Source of the DNA: Paramoeba atlantica
Taxonomy: Eukaryota; Protista; Discosea
Direction: 5' to 3'
Assembly: GCA_977017575.1 (NCBI GenBank)
Contig: CDRNVI010000030.1
Span: 62,001 to 126,000 of the forward strand
DNA length: 64,000 bases
Under the pieces are notes generated by a model, which worked only from the letters and a program-made list of their open reading frames with translations, had not been told where the DNA came from and made no database searches. This document shows positions 11,831 through 23,457 of the stretch, piece by piece; the stretch's first letter is position 1; the number at the start of each line of letters is the position of its first letter. A program made the position numbers and the translations under genes.

Positions 11831-12660
11831 ATGAAATCAATCTCCGGTGAAGCATGTACCCGAATAATTGAATCTCTTAAAATTGAAAAAAATGTTCGCG
11901 AAGTTGCGGGCGAGCACAGACTCAGCGTGGGGTTTGTTTCGAAAATTAGGAAAGCACATCTTTCTCATACCGTTAAATCAAAAGGTGGACGTCCGTGTAA
12001 GATCACAGACACATGCTCCCCACGAATAAAACGTCTCATAATATGTGATGAAGAGAAGAATGCCGGTACTGTAGGCCGACGGCTTCATGAAGAACGCATT
12101 GTTCATTTATCCCCAGTCAGTTCGCAAAGCACTGCGCTCGAAGGGGCTGCGAGCCCGTAAGCGTTCCAAGAAACCGAAGCTGACATGCCGACAAGATAAA
12201 TCGAAATTGAAGTTCGCCACCCAACACCACCATTGGACCTTCGCAGATTGGTCCAGGGCGCTATGGTAGGATCAGACGAAACTTTGTCGTTTCGAGAATG
12301 TTGGGGATACCTACGTTTACAAGTTTCCGGGAGAAGATTTCAGTGAGCGGACCACTCGTGGGACAGTGCAGTCCGGGGGAGGCTCTATCATGCTATGGAG
12401 CTGTATGGCACCTACGGGTGTGGGAAAGATCGTTCGATGGGAACATGAATGCAGAGCAATACGTTCGCATTCTTCGCGAGAATCTTGAAGACTCTCTCGA
12501 AGGTCTTGGTCTAAAGAAAAATTTCATGATTTTTCAACAGAACAACGATCTGAAGCATACGAGAAAATTGGCAAAGAGCTTCTTTGCTGATGAATCGTAC
12601 ACGCTTCTTGAGTGGCCTCCGCAGTCTCCCGATCTTTATCCCATTGGAAACGTGTGGTAG
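11831..12660 (+). pseudogene. Tc1-like DD34E transposase, inactivated
   Basis: HTH plus GGRP linker. FQQNNDLKH...WPPQSPDLYPIGNVW has 34-residue spacing but with D-to-N and E-to-G changes. Frameshifts present. Confidence 0.85.
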
Positions 12661-12945
12661 CACCTCAAAAAGGCGATAAACGGTCTCCCAACCCCACCCG
12701 CAGGTGTTCTGGAATACCTTTTTTTTCTGGGAGTGGGACCAAAAAGAATGGGTAAAAATTCCTGAAAGTCTGCACGGCGCCGTGTTCGTTGATGTCGAAA
12801 CTACATTCGAAAACCTTCGAAACGAACCACCTGATGGTTCACTTACTGCTGCCTTGTTTTTAGCCTCTCGTTTATTAAATTACTGAAACGCGTTTAATCC
12901 TGACACTCCGTTTGCATTATCCTGCTTTAAAAATTGTACTTTGAG

Positions 12946-13272
12946 TTATATTTCTGTTCTCCGCGTTTCGGCCTCCATGAATTCCCCCACACTCTTAGTT
13001 CCACGCTTTTCAAGAGTTCTAACCTTTCGTTTAGTCTTGCGGAGTTTGTTACGCAGCCTCTTGATAATTGCATCCTTGGCATTGATTTTTTTCTCCAAGG
13101 ACTTGAATTGTTCGTCACTTGGACCTGAAATTAATTGTGGAATGGGTGCTTCCTTTTCAGGGGACAAAGAGTCAAAGTTGATATCGTCATCAGCTCCGCG
13201 CGATATATCGGAGTTAAGACCCTTTATTTCGCGTACCGCTTCTAAAAGATTTGCGTCTAACCCAGGCGACAA
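12946..13272 (-). CDS. Hypothetical protein with C-terminal coiled coil
   Basis: 108-aa ORF with heptad-like LEKKINAKDAIIKRLRNKLRKTKRKVRTLE. No recognisable family; may be a TE fragment. Confidence 0.3.
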   Translation of the reverse strand: MSPGLDANLLEAVREIKGLNSDISRGADDDINFDSLSPEKEAPIPQLISGPSDEQFKSLEKKINAKDAIIKRLRNKLRKTKRKVRTLEKRGTKSVGEFMEAETRRTEI

Positions 13273-13718
13273 TGGTCCATTTCCTTCAGCACTATTTTTT
13301 CGGTGTTCTCTGTGGTAATCTGAGTATGCCTGAAATATGGTATGCTCTTTCGAAGTTGATCCCAGTTTTCGTGAACGGGGTTGTACAAAAGAAATCGGCG
13401 CCTTTCTACGAAGCTTTGAAATTAAACACTAAATAGAGGGGGCGGGGTACTAAATAGTAAATAGGGGGGACGGTATTATTTTTATGTGGAAAATGAAATT
13501 CGGTGTACACTTCTAGCGATATTTTCCAATGTTTCTTTGTCTGACTCTTTTTCACCTTTCTTACTATCGACAGTGTTTTTTTGTTCCTGTTAAATTTTCT
13601 CCCAAAAAAGTAAATTGGGAGAAAAATTGGGGGAATCAAACGTTCTCCCAACTTTTGATACAGTTATACAATTTTATTTTGCATATCTATCGAGAGTGAT
13701 AATACATTACAAGAGCGA

Positions 13719-14230
13719 TTGATTGTTCTTGATGCTGAGCCAAGTGCCGAAGACAAACTCTTCGATGTCATCAAGGCTTCGACGGTCCTGTTTTTTACGA
13801 AAAGGCCCGACGTTTTCTCTAAACCACGTCTGGAAATAAGCAATGCGGAGATAACGGATGAGATCGCAAGGTGCCTGTCACGTACGATGGACAACTTCCT
13901 ACATGTTGCACGCTCTGTGTGTGGCATTGAGTTGACCTCGTGCATCGTGACTCGCGTCCTGTTCCACTTGTTTGACCGCCGGGGCCATCTGCTTCTGAGC
14001 GTCTGCCCCCGGAGCGCATACGTCCCTGGAGAGGCCACTGCTGCCCTTGAAGCGTACCTTCAAAAAGACCCTCTCTTTGCTCCCCGTTGCCAAGGTGAAG
14101 TGGGCAGCTTTGTCGACAGTATGTGGCGCTCTGTTTCGGGGAAGCAGTCTCGCGTTCGCCAGCAATGGCGCCAGAGTCATCTTCTCATCCGCTTCTCATC
14201 GAAGTGACGCAAGTAACGGGGCTGAAGATC
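13719..14230 (+). repeat. Dispersed repeat carrying an unidentified 162-aa ORF, copy 1
   Basis: About 13850-14230 is near-identical (roughly 90%) to about 18730-19091, where the ORF is disrupted. Confidence 0.7.
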
Positions 14231-14462
14231 TACAGCCAGCGGACCGCTTCTCGACAAAGTGAATCAAGCAGCGGGGCTGAAGCCTCACAACCACCCTCAG
14301 AATACAATCCTCCGTCGTATTCGGTGGCTCGCTACATAGCTACTTCGGAATGTGGTTCGTTTCCCGTCGTTGTAGACACACAGTGAGAGACTGTAGAAGG
14401 TTAGAAGGCAAGGTAAGGCAATTCCTTCCATAGAATTAGGATAAAATTAGGATAGAATTAGG

Positions 14463-15205
14463 ATGGGAATAAGCGTTCAGCATGGCTTTTTTTTGCATGT
14501 TTTTGAGCCTAATGACCGCACAAGTTATGATAACACACACAAGGTCTCTGGGGAAGTGATTCTTGAGGCGTTTCAAAAACCGAACGGCTTTTTAGCTTAC
14601 CTCAAACATCATTTGAGGGATGTCACGGTCCAAATGGACAACGCCACGACCCACAATATGGCGAAGGCCGAATTAAGAAGAAATAATATAAAATTTCTAT
14701 CTTGGCCGCCAAACTCGCCTGATCTAAATCCTATTGAAAATGTTTGGGGACAAAAGGATAAAATTATAAAAAACAAAATTAAGCCTCACGATCACGCCAC
14801 CCTTGCACAAGCCATTAAAAAAGCTTTTTCCTTCCTAAAAGGATCCCCTGAGAAACAAAAAGTGTTAAACTCCATTGATTCGGTTCCCAATAGGCTTCGA
14901 AAAGTACTGCAAAACAATGGAGGACATTCTGGTTATTGATTCGTTGTGGTTTTCTTCTAGGATAAGCATTTTTAAATATATTTTTTTGGTTGGTGTTACT
15001 TTTTCTGAATATGATTAAAAATCCAAAATTTCTGTTTTTTGCCAACTTTCGAATCACCGACAGGGCACCAGGGGGTCTCTATGAAAAAAAGGCGGCAAAG
15101 TTCTTCGCTAGGGGAACGAGATCTCTTCAATGCTGCAAAGATGAGAAAAAATGGATAAAAAAATTAAATTTTCCCAGGAGGGGGCAAGATCAACAAACGC
15201 CCCTG
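14463..15205 (+). mobile_element. 3' half of Tc1-like DD32E element with right long TIR
   Basis: QMDNATTH...WPPNSPDLNPIENVW. Ends ...GATCAACAAACGCCCCTG|TA at 15205. Confidence 0.85.
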
Positions 15206-15464
15206 TATATCTCTTGGACGCGCGGGAGGTTTATTGTGCTTTGTACAGTATTAAGTACTTTACAAGAGGTGAAAGTGATTGCACAGAAGGTGAAGCAGTA
15301 TAACGCAACAAGCGACACAACACCGGTAAGGTACTTACGGTAGATAACTCTGATGACGAAGTCGTAATAAAGGTAAATGATTTCCAAGGTGTCTTGGATT
15401 TCCACGGCGCCTATTCTGAAAATTTACTCTTTCCCCATTTACCATCACTATCGTCCAAAGGCAA

Positions 15465-16349
15465 TTACCAGTCATCTGAGTCCGGATGTCCAGTAAGCAA
15501 GTCGTACCCCAACCCACAAGGCTTTCTTTTAACCTGAATGCCGGTGCCTTGTATTTGGACCTGCAATATAGGATTCGTCAAAACTGATTCGTCAAGCACC
15601 CCAAAAAGATCTTTGTTACCCCTTAAGTTAATGTACCTTAACTGCGGAGGAAGATTATCAAACGCCACCAAACCTGAAAAAAGATTTCGATCACAATACA
15701 GAGAAAACAGTGCTTGCGGCAAATGTTGCAAATCGAGTCGACCGGAAAAGTTGTTGATCGATATGCCTATCCCACTCATTCCTTGCGGCAAGTGCTGCAA
15801 ATTCAAGGATCCGGTAAATTGATTATTGTACAGTTGTATTACCGTTACTCCTGCAGGGAACTGCGTCAAATCGACACTTCCTTCAAAATCGTTGTTGCCC
15901 AACATGAGACATGTCAGTGTATCAGGAAGACGAGTGCAACATAACTCACCAGTGAATTCGTTGTATGATACATCGAGTTTAATCATCCGAGGCGGTAGTC
16001 CATCGAGCAACACAGAACCTGTGAAGCTCTGACCTCCGACGTTGCAAGATAATATCGTGGGGGGCAGATATTCCCACTGTAGCGAACCTGTAAATTTTTT
16101 CTGGCCAATGATGCTGAAATTTATGTCTTCGACTTGCTGTTTCTCATTGCAGGAAAAACCCCGCCAATTACACGGGGAAACGCGTTTGACACGGCCAAAC
16201 ATATTTTTCTTTGTCGTACGCCAAGACTTATCCTTTTCTGTTACGTTTGAAACGAAGCGTTCCAGCATATCTTCTTGGGGGAGTAGTAGAGCAGTCACCT
16301 TACCCCGTCGTAGATCAGTGCCGTCGTCTATACCGAATAAAGTATGCAT
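15465..16349 (-). CDS. Stand-alone LRR protein (294 aa, DDG-GKVT subfamily)
   Basis: GIDDGTDLRRGKVTALLLPQEDML N-cap, CNWRGFSC, about 7 23-aa LRRs. Confidence 0.92.
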   Translation of the reverse strand: MHTLFGIDDGTDLRRGKVTALLLPQEDMLERFVSNVTEKDKSWRTTKKNMFGRVKRVSPCNWRGFSCNEKQQVEDINFSIIGQKKFTGSLQWEYLPPTILSCNVGGQSFTGSVLLDGLPPRMIKLDVSYNEFTGELCCTRLPDTLTCLMLGNNDFEGSVDLTQFPAGVTVIQLYNNQFTGSLNLQHLPQGMSGIGISINNFSGRLDLQHLPQALFSLYCDRNLFSGLVAFDNLPPQLRYINLRGNKDLFGVLDESVLTNPILQVQIQGTGIQVKRKPCGLGYDLLTGHPDSDDW

Positions 16350-16354
16350 GGCGT

Positions 16355-16878
16355 AAACTTTACAATAGAAGAGGTTGCATTAACTGACTAAAGACTGGAC
16401 GTACTCTAAAAGTACACTCTACTCACCTTGATAGATACAGGTGTGTAGATAAATAGGCTTCGCGGAACTACATAATATAGTACCGTAGACCTACCTATAC
16501 ATGTATAATATACTAATATAATCTAATATACTACCATAGACCCTCGCCCGTGAGGCAAAATATGGTTTTTCAATTTGAGTAAGGCCTACGAATGAAAGGC
16601 CTGTGGGTACACAGCTTCTATAAAGGCTAGGTCTGACATGCAAGTTACAATTTCTGTACCTTGCTGGTACTTTTTCTTTAGTACATCCCCTCTTTCCCCG
16701 GCAACGAGCATACTCTTACTGAATTTTTATGCCCGTTGCCGGCCAGCACTGAGGCCTAAACTGTCCCTCTCTATTGTTGAAGCAGGGGAACCACCCCTTC
16801 ACCCCTTCCCGACTCATTCCCCTGGAGTGAGTGTGCTTCCCTCTCTCGGCTTCCCCTTCTCCCACAATTACCTTTCCT
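16355..16878 (+). repeat. About 500-bp dispersed repeat with spliced-leader-like motif and 15-bp hairpin, copy 1
   Basis: Aligns with 19092-19561. AAGTTACAATTTCTGTACCTTGCTG|GT at 16642-16668. Confidence 0.8.
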
Positions 16879-17239
16879 TTGAGTGACTTCTAAGTTGAAA
16901 ACAACCGCCGCGTTTAACGAAGCAACTAAAAAAGAAAAATTTTCCAATTCGTACGGCAAATATTTTACATTGAGCTGACCGTGTAGCTTGAAAACTTCGC
17001 GAAACCTCGCTGAAACCTCACGAAACGTTGAGAACATGATAAATCCCTGGTCAAGCTTCGCGAAAGCTCGTGAAACCTCGAAACCAGCAGCCCCTCAAGT
17101 AAGTGATGACATCGAGAGAGCAATGTTTTCTCGAGGGAATCTAGAAGGAATCTAAAGAAAAATCTAAACACTAAATAGGGGGAATACTAAGTGTAAAGTC
17201 GAGTATAGGTCTAAATACAATAGAACAACTATTCAAGGT

Positions 17240-17624
17240 TGAAATTTATTAAACGACTGTTGGCGTGGATATTCGGGCATTGAGGAATGGATTTTGCCGC
17301 CACCACGCCGTAAATCACAGCAAAGAGTTTGTAGAGCTACATGGGTACCACACTAATCATGTGGAGTATGTACATCGCATTATTAAAACTTGGACGCGCC
17401 CTCAGCATTACAACTATGGAATGCCCTCAATGGAGTTGAAACGAAACGAGACTTTGCAGTGTGTCAACTTCGGATCTCAACATACGGCTCGTGCTCAGGC
17501 TTGGCAGGACGGGCTCACGAACATCCTTCGATGCATGAACCGAGTTTTCTTTTTCAACACATTTGAACGTGCGTTGAATCTGACAACACATTTGACGTAC
17601 TTTGAAAATTTTTTGAAGTTGTAA
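17240..17624 (+). pseudogene. Merlin/IS1595 (ISXO2-like) transposase C-terminal fragment
   Basis: NDCWRGYSGI, then a frameshift to HHAVNHSKEFVELHGYHTNHVE. Confidence 0.75.
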
Positions 17625-18729
17625 GTGCAGACGAGCGTGCTGATAGTAACCCGGGGGTCTAGATTATACTTAAATTACACACTGTATTCAAATTCGCAAG
17701 ATTATATTCAACTTTGCAAGATTATGTTCGAATCCGTTTTTTTGCTCGAAACACCATGGGAACCCTAGCATCGTTATGCGTAGAGGAACATCGTAAGGAG
17801 CAGCATTCAGCCGACCGTACGTGGGACTACCCGTCGGAATGTGAGTCTCTCGTAGACGATTCTGAGACAGTTTCTTTCGCACTACAAAAACACCAATGAA
17901 ATTCGCTCCGTTCATCGCCTGCTCCGAACTGTCTCCGCTTTGACCCTGTTTCGGCCTCCGTGTCTTTCATGTCCTTTCTTGCTTTTCCTTATCCAAAGTC
18001 GTTGGTGTGTCCGAATTGCTCTTTATTCAATAAGATTTCATGGGCTGTCTTTTTCACTTCGCTGAGCTCGTCGTATCCCCAGCAACCACCACAACCCAAG
18101 GTAGCTATAAAAAATCCAATGAAATAAAACTTTACTACTTTCCTCCGAAGTCGTTCATTTCCAGCTCGTTGAGGATTTCATCAAATGAGCGCCCGTTCGA
18201 TGAGAACTCATCGAGTTGGAAACGTACTCCGAATTTTTCTTTAATTTAACCGAACGTTCAAACAGTTTTAGAATCATGAAATGCACATGATGGATGGGCA
18301 AACTTCAAGCTACAGAGCTTGAAATCGCTAGATTGTCCCTGAAGAAAGGTGGATGAGGACTTACAGCTTGCAAACCTAATGCGTGAAGCGTCTTACCAAG
18401 CCTCTCGACATGCGGCTAATGGGCGAAAAAACTCTTCCACAACTCAAAACACCATGTCAGGGCAAACGCGAGCCACGAACGAACAGAATATATCCCAGAG
18501 GAGCAGAATCCCCCAGAGGATGGAGCAACGACAGCGGCAAGAATACACGAAAAAAACTTGGTACTATGTTAACCAGGATCCCCGTATCGTCAGGGCATTG
18601 AAATTTTGAAGCAACGATTGCGAACTGAGCTCGATCTCCCAGCAAGAATGACTCCCCAACTCCAGGCATTATACATGTAGGATATTTTATGCGCATGGAT
18701 CGACGACAGCGCCAAACGAGTTGGGATAA

Positions 18730-19091
18730 TGCGGAGATAATGGATGAGATCGCAAGGTGCCTGTCACGTACGATGGACAACTTCCTACATGTTGCACGCT
18801 CTGTGTGTGGCATCGTGCATCGTGACTCGCGTCCTGTTCCACTTGGTTGACCGCCGGGGCCATCTGCTTCTGCGCGTGTGCTCCCAGGTGCGCGCACTTC
18901 CTTGGAGAGGCCACTACTGCCCTTGAAGCGCACCTTCTCTTTTCTCCCCGTTGCCAAGGCGAACTAGGCAACTTTGTCGACAGTATGTGGCGCTCTGTTT
19001 CGGGGAAGCAGTCTCGCGTTTGCCAGCAATGGCGCCAGAGTCATCTTCCCACTCGCTTCTCATCGAAGTGACGCAAGTAACGGGGCTGAAG
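18730..19091 (+). repeat. Copy 2 of the 13850-14230 repeat (ORF disrupted)
   Basis: Shared sequence from GGATGAGATCGCAAGG to GTAACGGGGCTGAAG. Confidence 0.8.
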
Positions 19092-19561
19092 AACTTTACA
19101 ATTTTAATAGAAGAGTTTGCATTAACTGACTAATGACTGAACGTACTCTAAAAGTACACTCTACTCGCCATGATAGATACAGATGCATAGATAAATCGGC
19201 TTCGCGAAAGCTATAATACCGTAGACCCTCCCCCGTGAGGTAAAATATGGGTTTTCAAATTGAGTAAGGCCTACGAATGAAAGGCCTGTGGGTATACAGC
19301 TTCTATAAAGGCTAGGTCTGACATGCAAGATACAGTTTCTGTACCTTGTTGGGACTTTTTCTTTAGTACATCCTTTGTTTCCCCGGCAACGGGCATACTC
19401 TTACTGTATTTCTATCCCCGTTGCCGGCCGGCACTAAGGCCTAAACTGTCCCTCTCTATTGTTGAAGCAGAGGAACCACCCGTTCACCCCTTCCCGACTC
19501 ACTCCCCTGGAGTGAGTGTGCTTCCCTCTCTCGGCTTCCCCTTCTCTCACAATTACCTTTC
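19092..19561 (+). repeat. About 500-bp dispersed repeat with spliced-leader-like motif, copy 2
   Basis: AAGATACAGTTTCTGTACCTTGTTG at 19327-19351. Hairpin CCGGCAACGGGCATA/TATCCCCGTTGCCGG. Confidence 0.8.
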
Positions 19562-19823
19562 CGGAGAGGCCATGCGCCACGGTGGCCTCCCCTCAGGACC
19601 ACTAGGCGTGTCATCCGCCGACGAGACTCGCGGCTCTCTGCGCCTGCCCAAGACAACCGAGCTCTCTATACATGGGACGCCAGATCTCTGCACCTATTTA
19701 CCACCGGCGAAGGCGAAACCTCACGTTATCCACCCGTCGCTTGCGGGGTAAGGACATGTAGTGAGGCAAATCTCTGCACTAAGTGCATAAAAAAACAAAC
19801 TCCAGCGGGATAGTTAAACTGTA

Positions 19824-20016
19824 CTTCCGGTTACGGTAGCAGGTCTCCTTTAACCCTGCCGATCCAAGGCCTTAGGTCGGACGCATACCCCCTCCCCCTT
19901 TTCAACGAAATTCTGATATACAAGTGATCCTTCCCTCACCATTTCCACATGAATGTGGTCAAGGGCTATGGACCGGTTTAGCAGGGTTAAAGGAGACAGG
20001 CTACCGTAACAGGAAG
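19824..20016. repeat. 36-bp inverted repeat pair (MITE-like, about 190 bp)
   Basis: 19824-19859 versus 19981-20016, 3 mismatches. No clear TSD. Confidence 0.65.
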
Positions 20017-20184
20017 CCCCCCCTAGACGTCCATTTGTTTCAGTTTTGGACCACCGGAGCCCTCGTTTATATTTTTTTCTTCTATTATATTACTGTGTTC
20101 CTCTTTATATTTTCACTGTTCTTGTTCACTTTTTTTTCAATAATCGAGGGTAGAGCGGTAGTTATAAAGTTTATAACCACCGCA

Positions 20185-21190
20185 ATACATTTCTTAAGGC
20201 GTGAGCCAAAACTTAAGACCGTATTGTCGATCACATTTTGAGGTAAACAAGACCACGCTTTGCGTACACATCGGGTGAGTGAAGGCTTATCTGATGGGGT
20301 CGGTTCGTCCACGGCCCCTTAGACCATAGACCAGACGTTTTCTATTGATAAAGATCTGGTGAGTCGGCGGACCAACTTTTTAGAAGTTCACACATTGTGC
20401 TTTTAATGTACTCTTTGGAGGGACGGGCAGTGTTTGCCGTTGCCCCATCATGTTGAAATATACGATGAGGGGGGAATGTACATCGCTTCAATGTTTCTAC
20501 GTACGTCATACTCTTAATACATGTGTCATCTTGTAGAATAATGAAATACCTCCACCCTACCCCAATAGCCCCCCAAGCTTAGTACCTTGGACCCCAACGT
20601 ACTTTTTGACGCGTAGCTGCTTCTTGATCGCGCCTTACCCACGTACTATCCCCCCCGTATCCTAGCGTTGCCTGTTTTTTTTTTATGGAAAAAGCAACGC
20701 TAAGGGGGGGGGGGTAAAAACAAAATCGCTGCTTCGCGGCAAAAGAGTCTTGAAGAGACAGTCTAAAAAGCAACGCTAATGAGGGGGGGTGCCGAGGCAA
20801 CGCTAGGATAGGGGGGGATAGTATTTCTTGTGCTATCGTTTGTATCTCCGTATCTCATCGTCAAAGGAAGATTCCTACTATCAGAAAGTCCGCTTCCTGG
20901 GAGCCAATATGATGGTTTGAGAATCTTAGAAAAAAAAGGTTGAAAAATCAATTTTAGTTTCTTGATTTTTTTTTGTTTTAAAGTGAGCTAAAAACTGCGG
21001 GAACCTGCAGATCTCAAAATTTTGAACGAAAAAGTGGTATGACAACCCTGCGATTCCTTCTCGTGCGAAAAATAAGGGGGCGTCACTTAGAGGGGTGAAA
21101 CCTACAGAAAGGTCAGTTGGGCGAACACGGGCGAACACGCTATCCCTAAGTCAAAAATAAGGGGGGGTCACTTATTCATGACGCGGGGTT
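20185..21190 (-). mobile_element. Deleted copy of the Tc1-like DD35E element at 45862-47197
   Basis: Shares TIR GGGGGTCACTTATT..TGACGCGGGGTT and the transposase C-terminus (DEPTPSDKPSLTRCVRKAWS). Internal deletions. Confidence 0.85.
20646..20821. mobile_element. 176-bp MITE nested in the DD35E copy, TA TSD
   Basis: TA|CTATCCCCCCGTATCCTAGCGTTGCC...GGCAACGCTAGGATAGGGGGGGATAG|TA. Absent at the homologous site near 46505. A similar right end lies at about 58630-58657. Confidence 0.85.
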
Positions 21191-22265
21191 TGTTATTTAA
21201 ATTCCGTTTTGAACAATACACAACCGTAACATGAATTATTTCTTTGTAACCGTTCAAGTAATTTTTTATTCGCTGACGTTTTTCGTGCCTATTCCCCATT
21301 ACAGATATTACTCCAGTTTATCGAAACTACGTCGCCCTTGTCGTTACATCTGACTCGATCCCATCTACATGCCGGAGTATCGGTGGACCATGAGTGTGGG
21401 GGCTTTTCTACTAATCTCATCAAATGTTACTCCACGGGTAACGACAGGGCGTTGACTTTTGATAGGCGGGATTTTCTTGTCACATTAGAACTACTGGTGG
21501 AAAGCGTCGTGTCGGAAGAGTTCGTTTCTCTTCGGGATTTCTTTCTTAACGGTTCCGTTACGTCGGCCGAAAGCATAGAGACAATCATAACGATAATCGA
21601 TTTTCAATAAAAAAGTAACTTTGAAATAGTGTGGCGTTTTCAACAGGTCCGCGTCGTGATACAGGGGGTGGCACCAAAATATGGGGGTGTCTAAAATTTG
21701 TAAAACTTGATTTGGACAAGTTTTAAACTTGTCCAATTTTGTAAAATAATAGCGCATTCGAGAGCTATCGCAGCGTTGCTCCTTTATTCACTTGAAATAA
21801 TGAAGCGGAACGAATTTTAATTTTCCTGAGTAAAAAAATAAAGGAGCAATCAACAAGAGTTGTGAATAGAAAGAGCGAAGAGTTACAGAAACGGCATCTT
21901 TATTGCCAAGGAAGAATCTTTTCAACCCCAATGGGGTGGTGTAACCTGAAGACATGCGTCTATGGAGTAAGATAACCTATAGAAACCGTGTATGGATCCC
22001 ATCGTGCGCCCTATTGGCTATGAAAAAAAGGCGGAAAAGAGGTTCGTTAGGTGTGAACACGATCTTACTCATGCTACGAAAATCAACAACAAATCCATTT
22101 GACGCATTTTACAAGGAACGAAGAACGTGCGCTACACAAAGGTAGCTTAAGATTGGTAGAGCGTTTAATGTAAAGAGCCTTTTTAACTTCCTTGATTTTC
22201 CTTAATTTATTCGCCTCACACATTGTGTGAAAATTTATGCACATGTAAATCCATTCTTTTTCTTT

Positions 22266-23078
22266 TCACGAGGGCATTTTCTCCGGAGCATCAAACGAAT
22301 CTCCTTCGTTCGTGCTTCGTGAGGCGCGGAACCGTTGTGCCTCATCCAACAACACGGCTTTGCGCATGGCTCGAAATCTCTCATCCTCGTGGCAGTGATC
22401 AAACGGAAAAGGAGGCGCAGAGGCTGCTGGATTCGCTCCCGAGCTCAAACACTTTTCAGGCGTGTGAAAATCGTTGGGTTTTGATTTGGTTGTTGTATTC
22501 GAGGCGTCGATGCCCTTTTCCTGATCTTCTGAAGGCAGAGAACAAGAAGATACAAACGCTCGAGAAGGCGAAGACGGGGTTCCACCCGTAGCCTCCAAAG
22601 CCGAGGCTTGTCGTAGAATGGCTTGTTTCGCGGCACGAGCCATCTGGTTCTCCTCTTCGCGCCATGTACTGTCCGCGGGACTCCCCTCTACGGGCTCCGA
22701 AGATTTATGAAAAAAATCAGAATCCAAAGGATCGACTTGATTTTCAAAGGGGGGAGTTTTCGTAGGATGGGATTTCATATTTTCCAATGTATTATCTTGT
22801 TTCGTTAATTCGATCGTTCTGTGATCCTTAGTATTGACGTCTACACGTTCTGCCGCATTCGCCTCTGTTTGCACCGTGTTTTCCGATGGATTCGGTAAAA
22901 CGAGCTCAGTGATTTCATCGTTGGAGGTAATGCACTCGGAGAATGTGGATGCGAACGGTGTCTTGGGCTCCGTGATTCGCATCTGTGCGGGGTGCGCTGC
23001 AAAGTAGTGATCATTTTCCTCCAGATTGTGCTCATCCCATTTCACGGATTTGCGTTTGTGGGTGGGAGAGTGTAACAT
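22266..23078 (-). CDS. PPP1R2: Protein phosphatase 1 inhibitor-2 homolog
   Basis: RKSVKWDE and MRITEPKTPF match I-2 motifs KSQKWDE and IDEPxTPY. C-terminal FRAMRK helix. Otherwise low-complexity acidic. Confidence 0.8.
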   Translation of the reverse strand: MLHSPTHKRKSVKWDEHNLEENDHYFAAHPAQMRITEPKTPFASTFSECITSNDEITELVLPNPSENTVQTEANAAERVDVNTKDHRTIELTKQDNTLENMKSHPTKTPPFENQVDPLDSDFFHKSSEPVEGSPADSTWREEENQMARAAKQAILRQASALEATGGTPSSPSRAFVSSCSLPSEDQEKGIDASNTTTKSKPNDFHTPEKCLSSGANPAASAPPFPFDHCHEDERFRAMRKAVLLDEAQRFRASRSTNEGDSFDAPEKMPS

Positions 23079-23457
23079 TGGCGTGATAAAGAAGGAGGGA
23101 GATTAAGTTAAAGCATTTTATAAGGAAAAAAAGACGATGAAGAAAGATCCGGTCCGGTAAAAATTTGTGTCAGGGAAAAAATAACCCTTGCGAATCTCCA
23201 TTCAACACATTTTTAAAACCAATGGCTGTGGAAATCGACCTACCGTTGTGCACATCACATGCTTGAGCAGGCCAACCCGATCCACCGTTTTTATTTTATT
23301 CTTCTTTTACTATCCTCAATTTTCCATCTACCTCTTTTTTATCTTTTTCTTCTTTCTTACCACTTTCCACTCCACAAAAAGCCTTACCCTTCTTCAAATC
23401 AAAAGGGTTCGACTTCCCCATAAAGAAACAAAGAGTTTGTTTTTAAACAACACTCCT

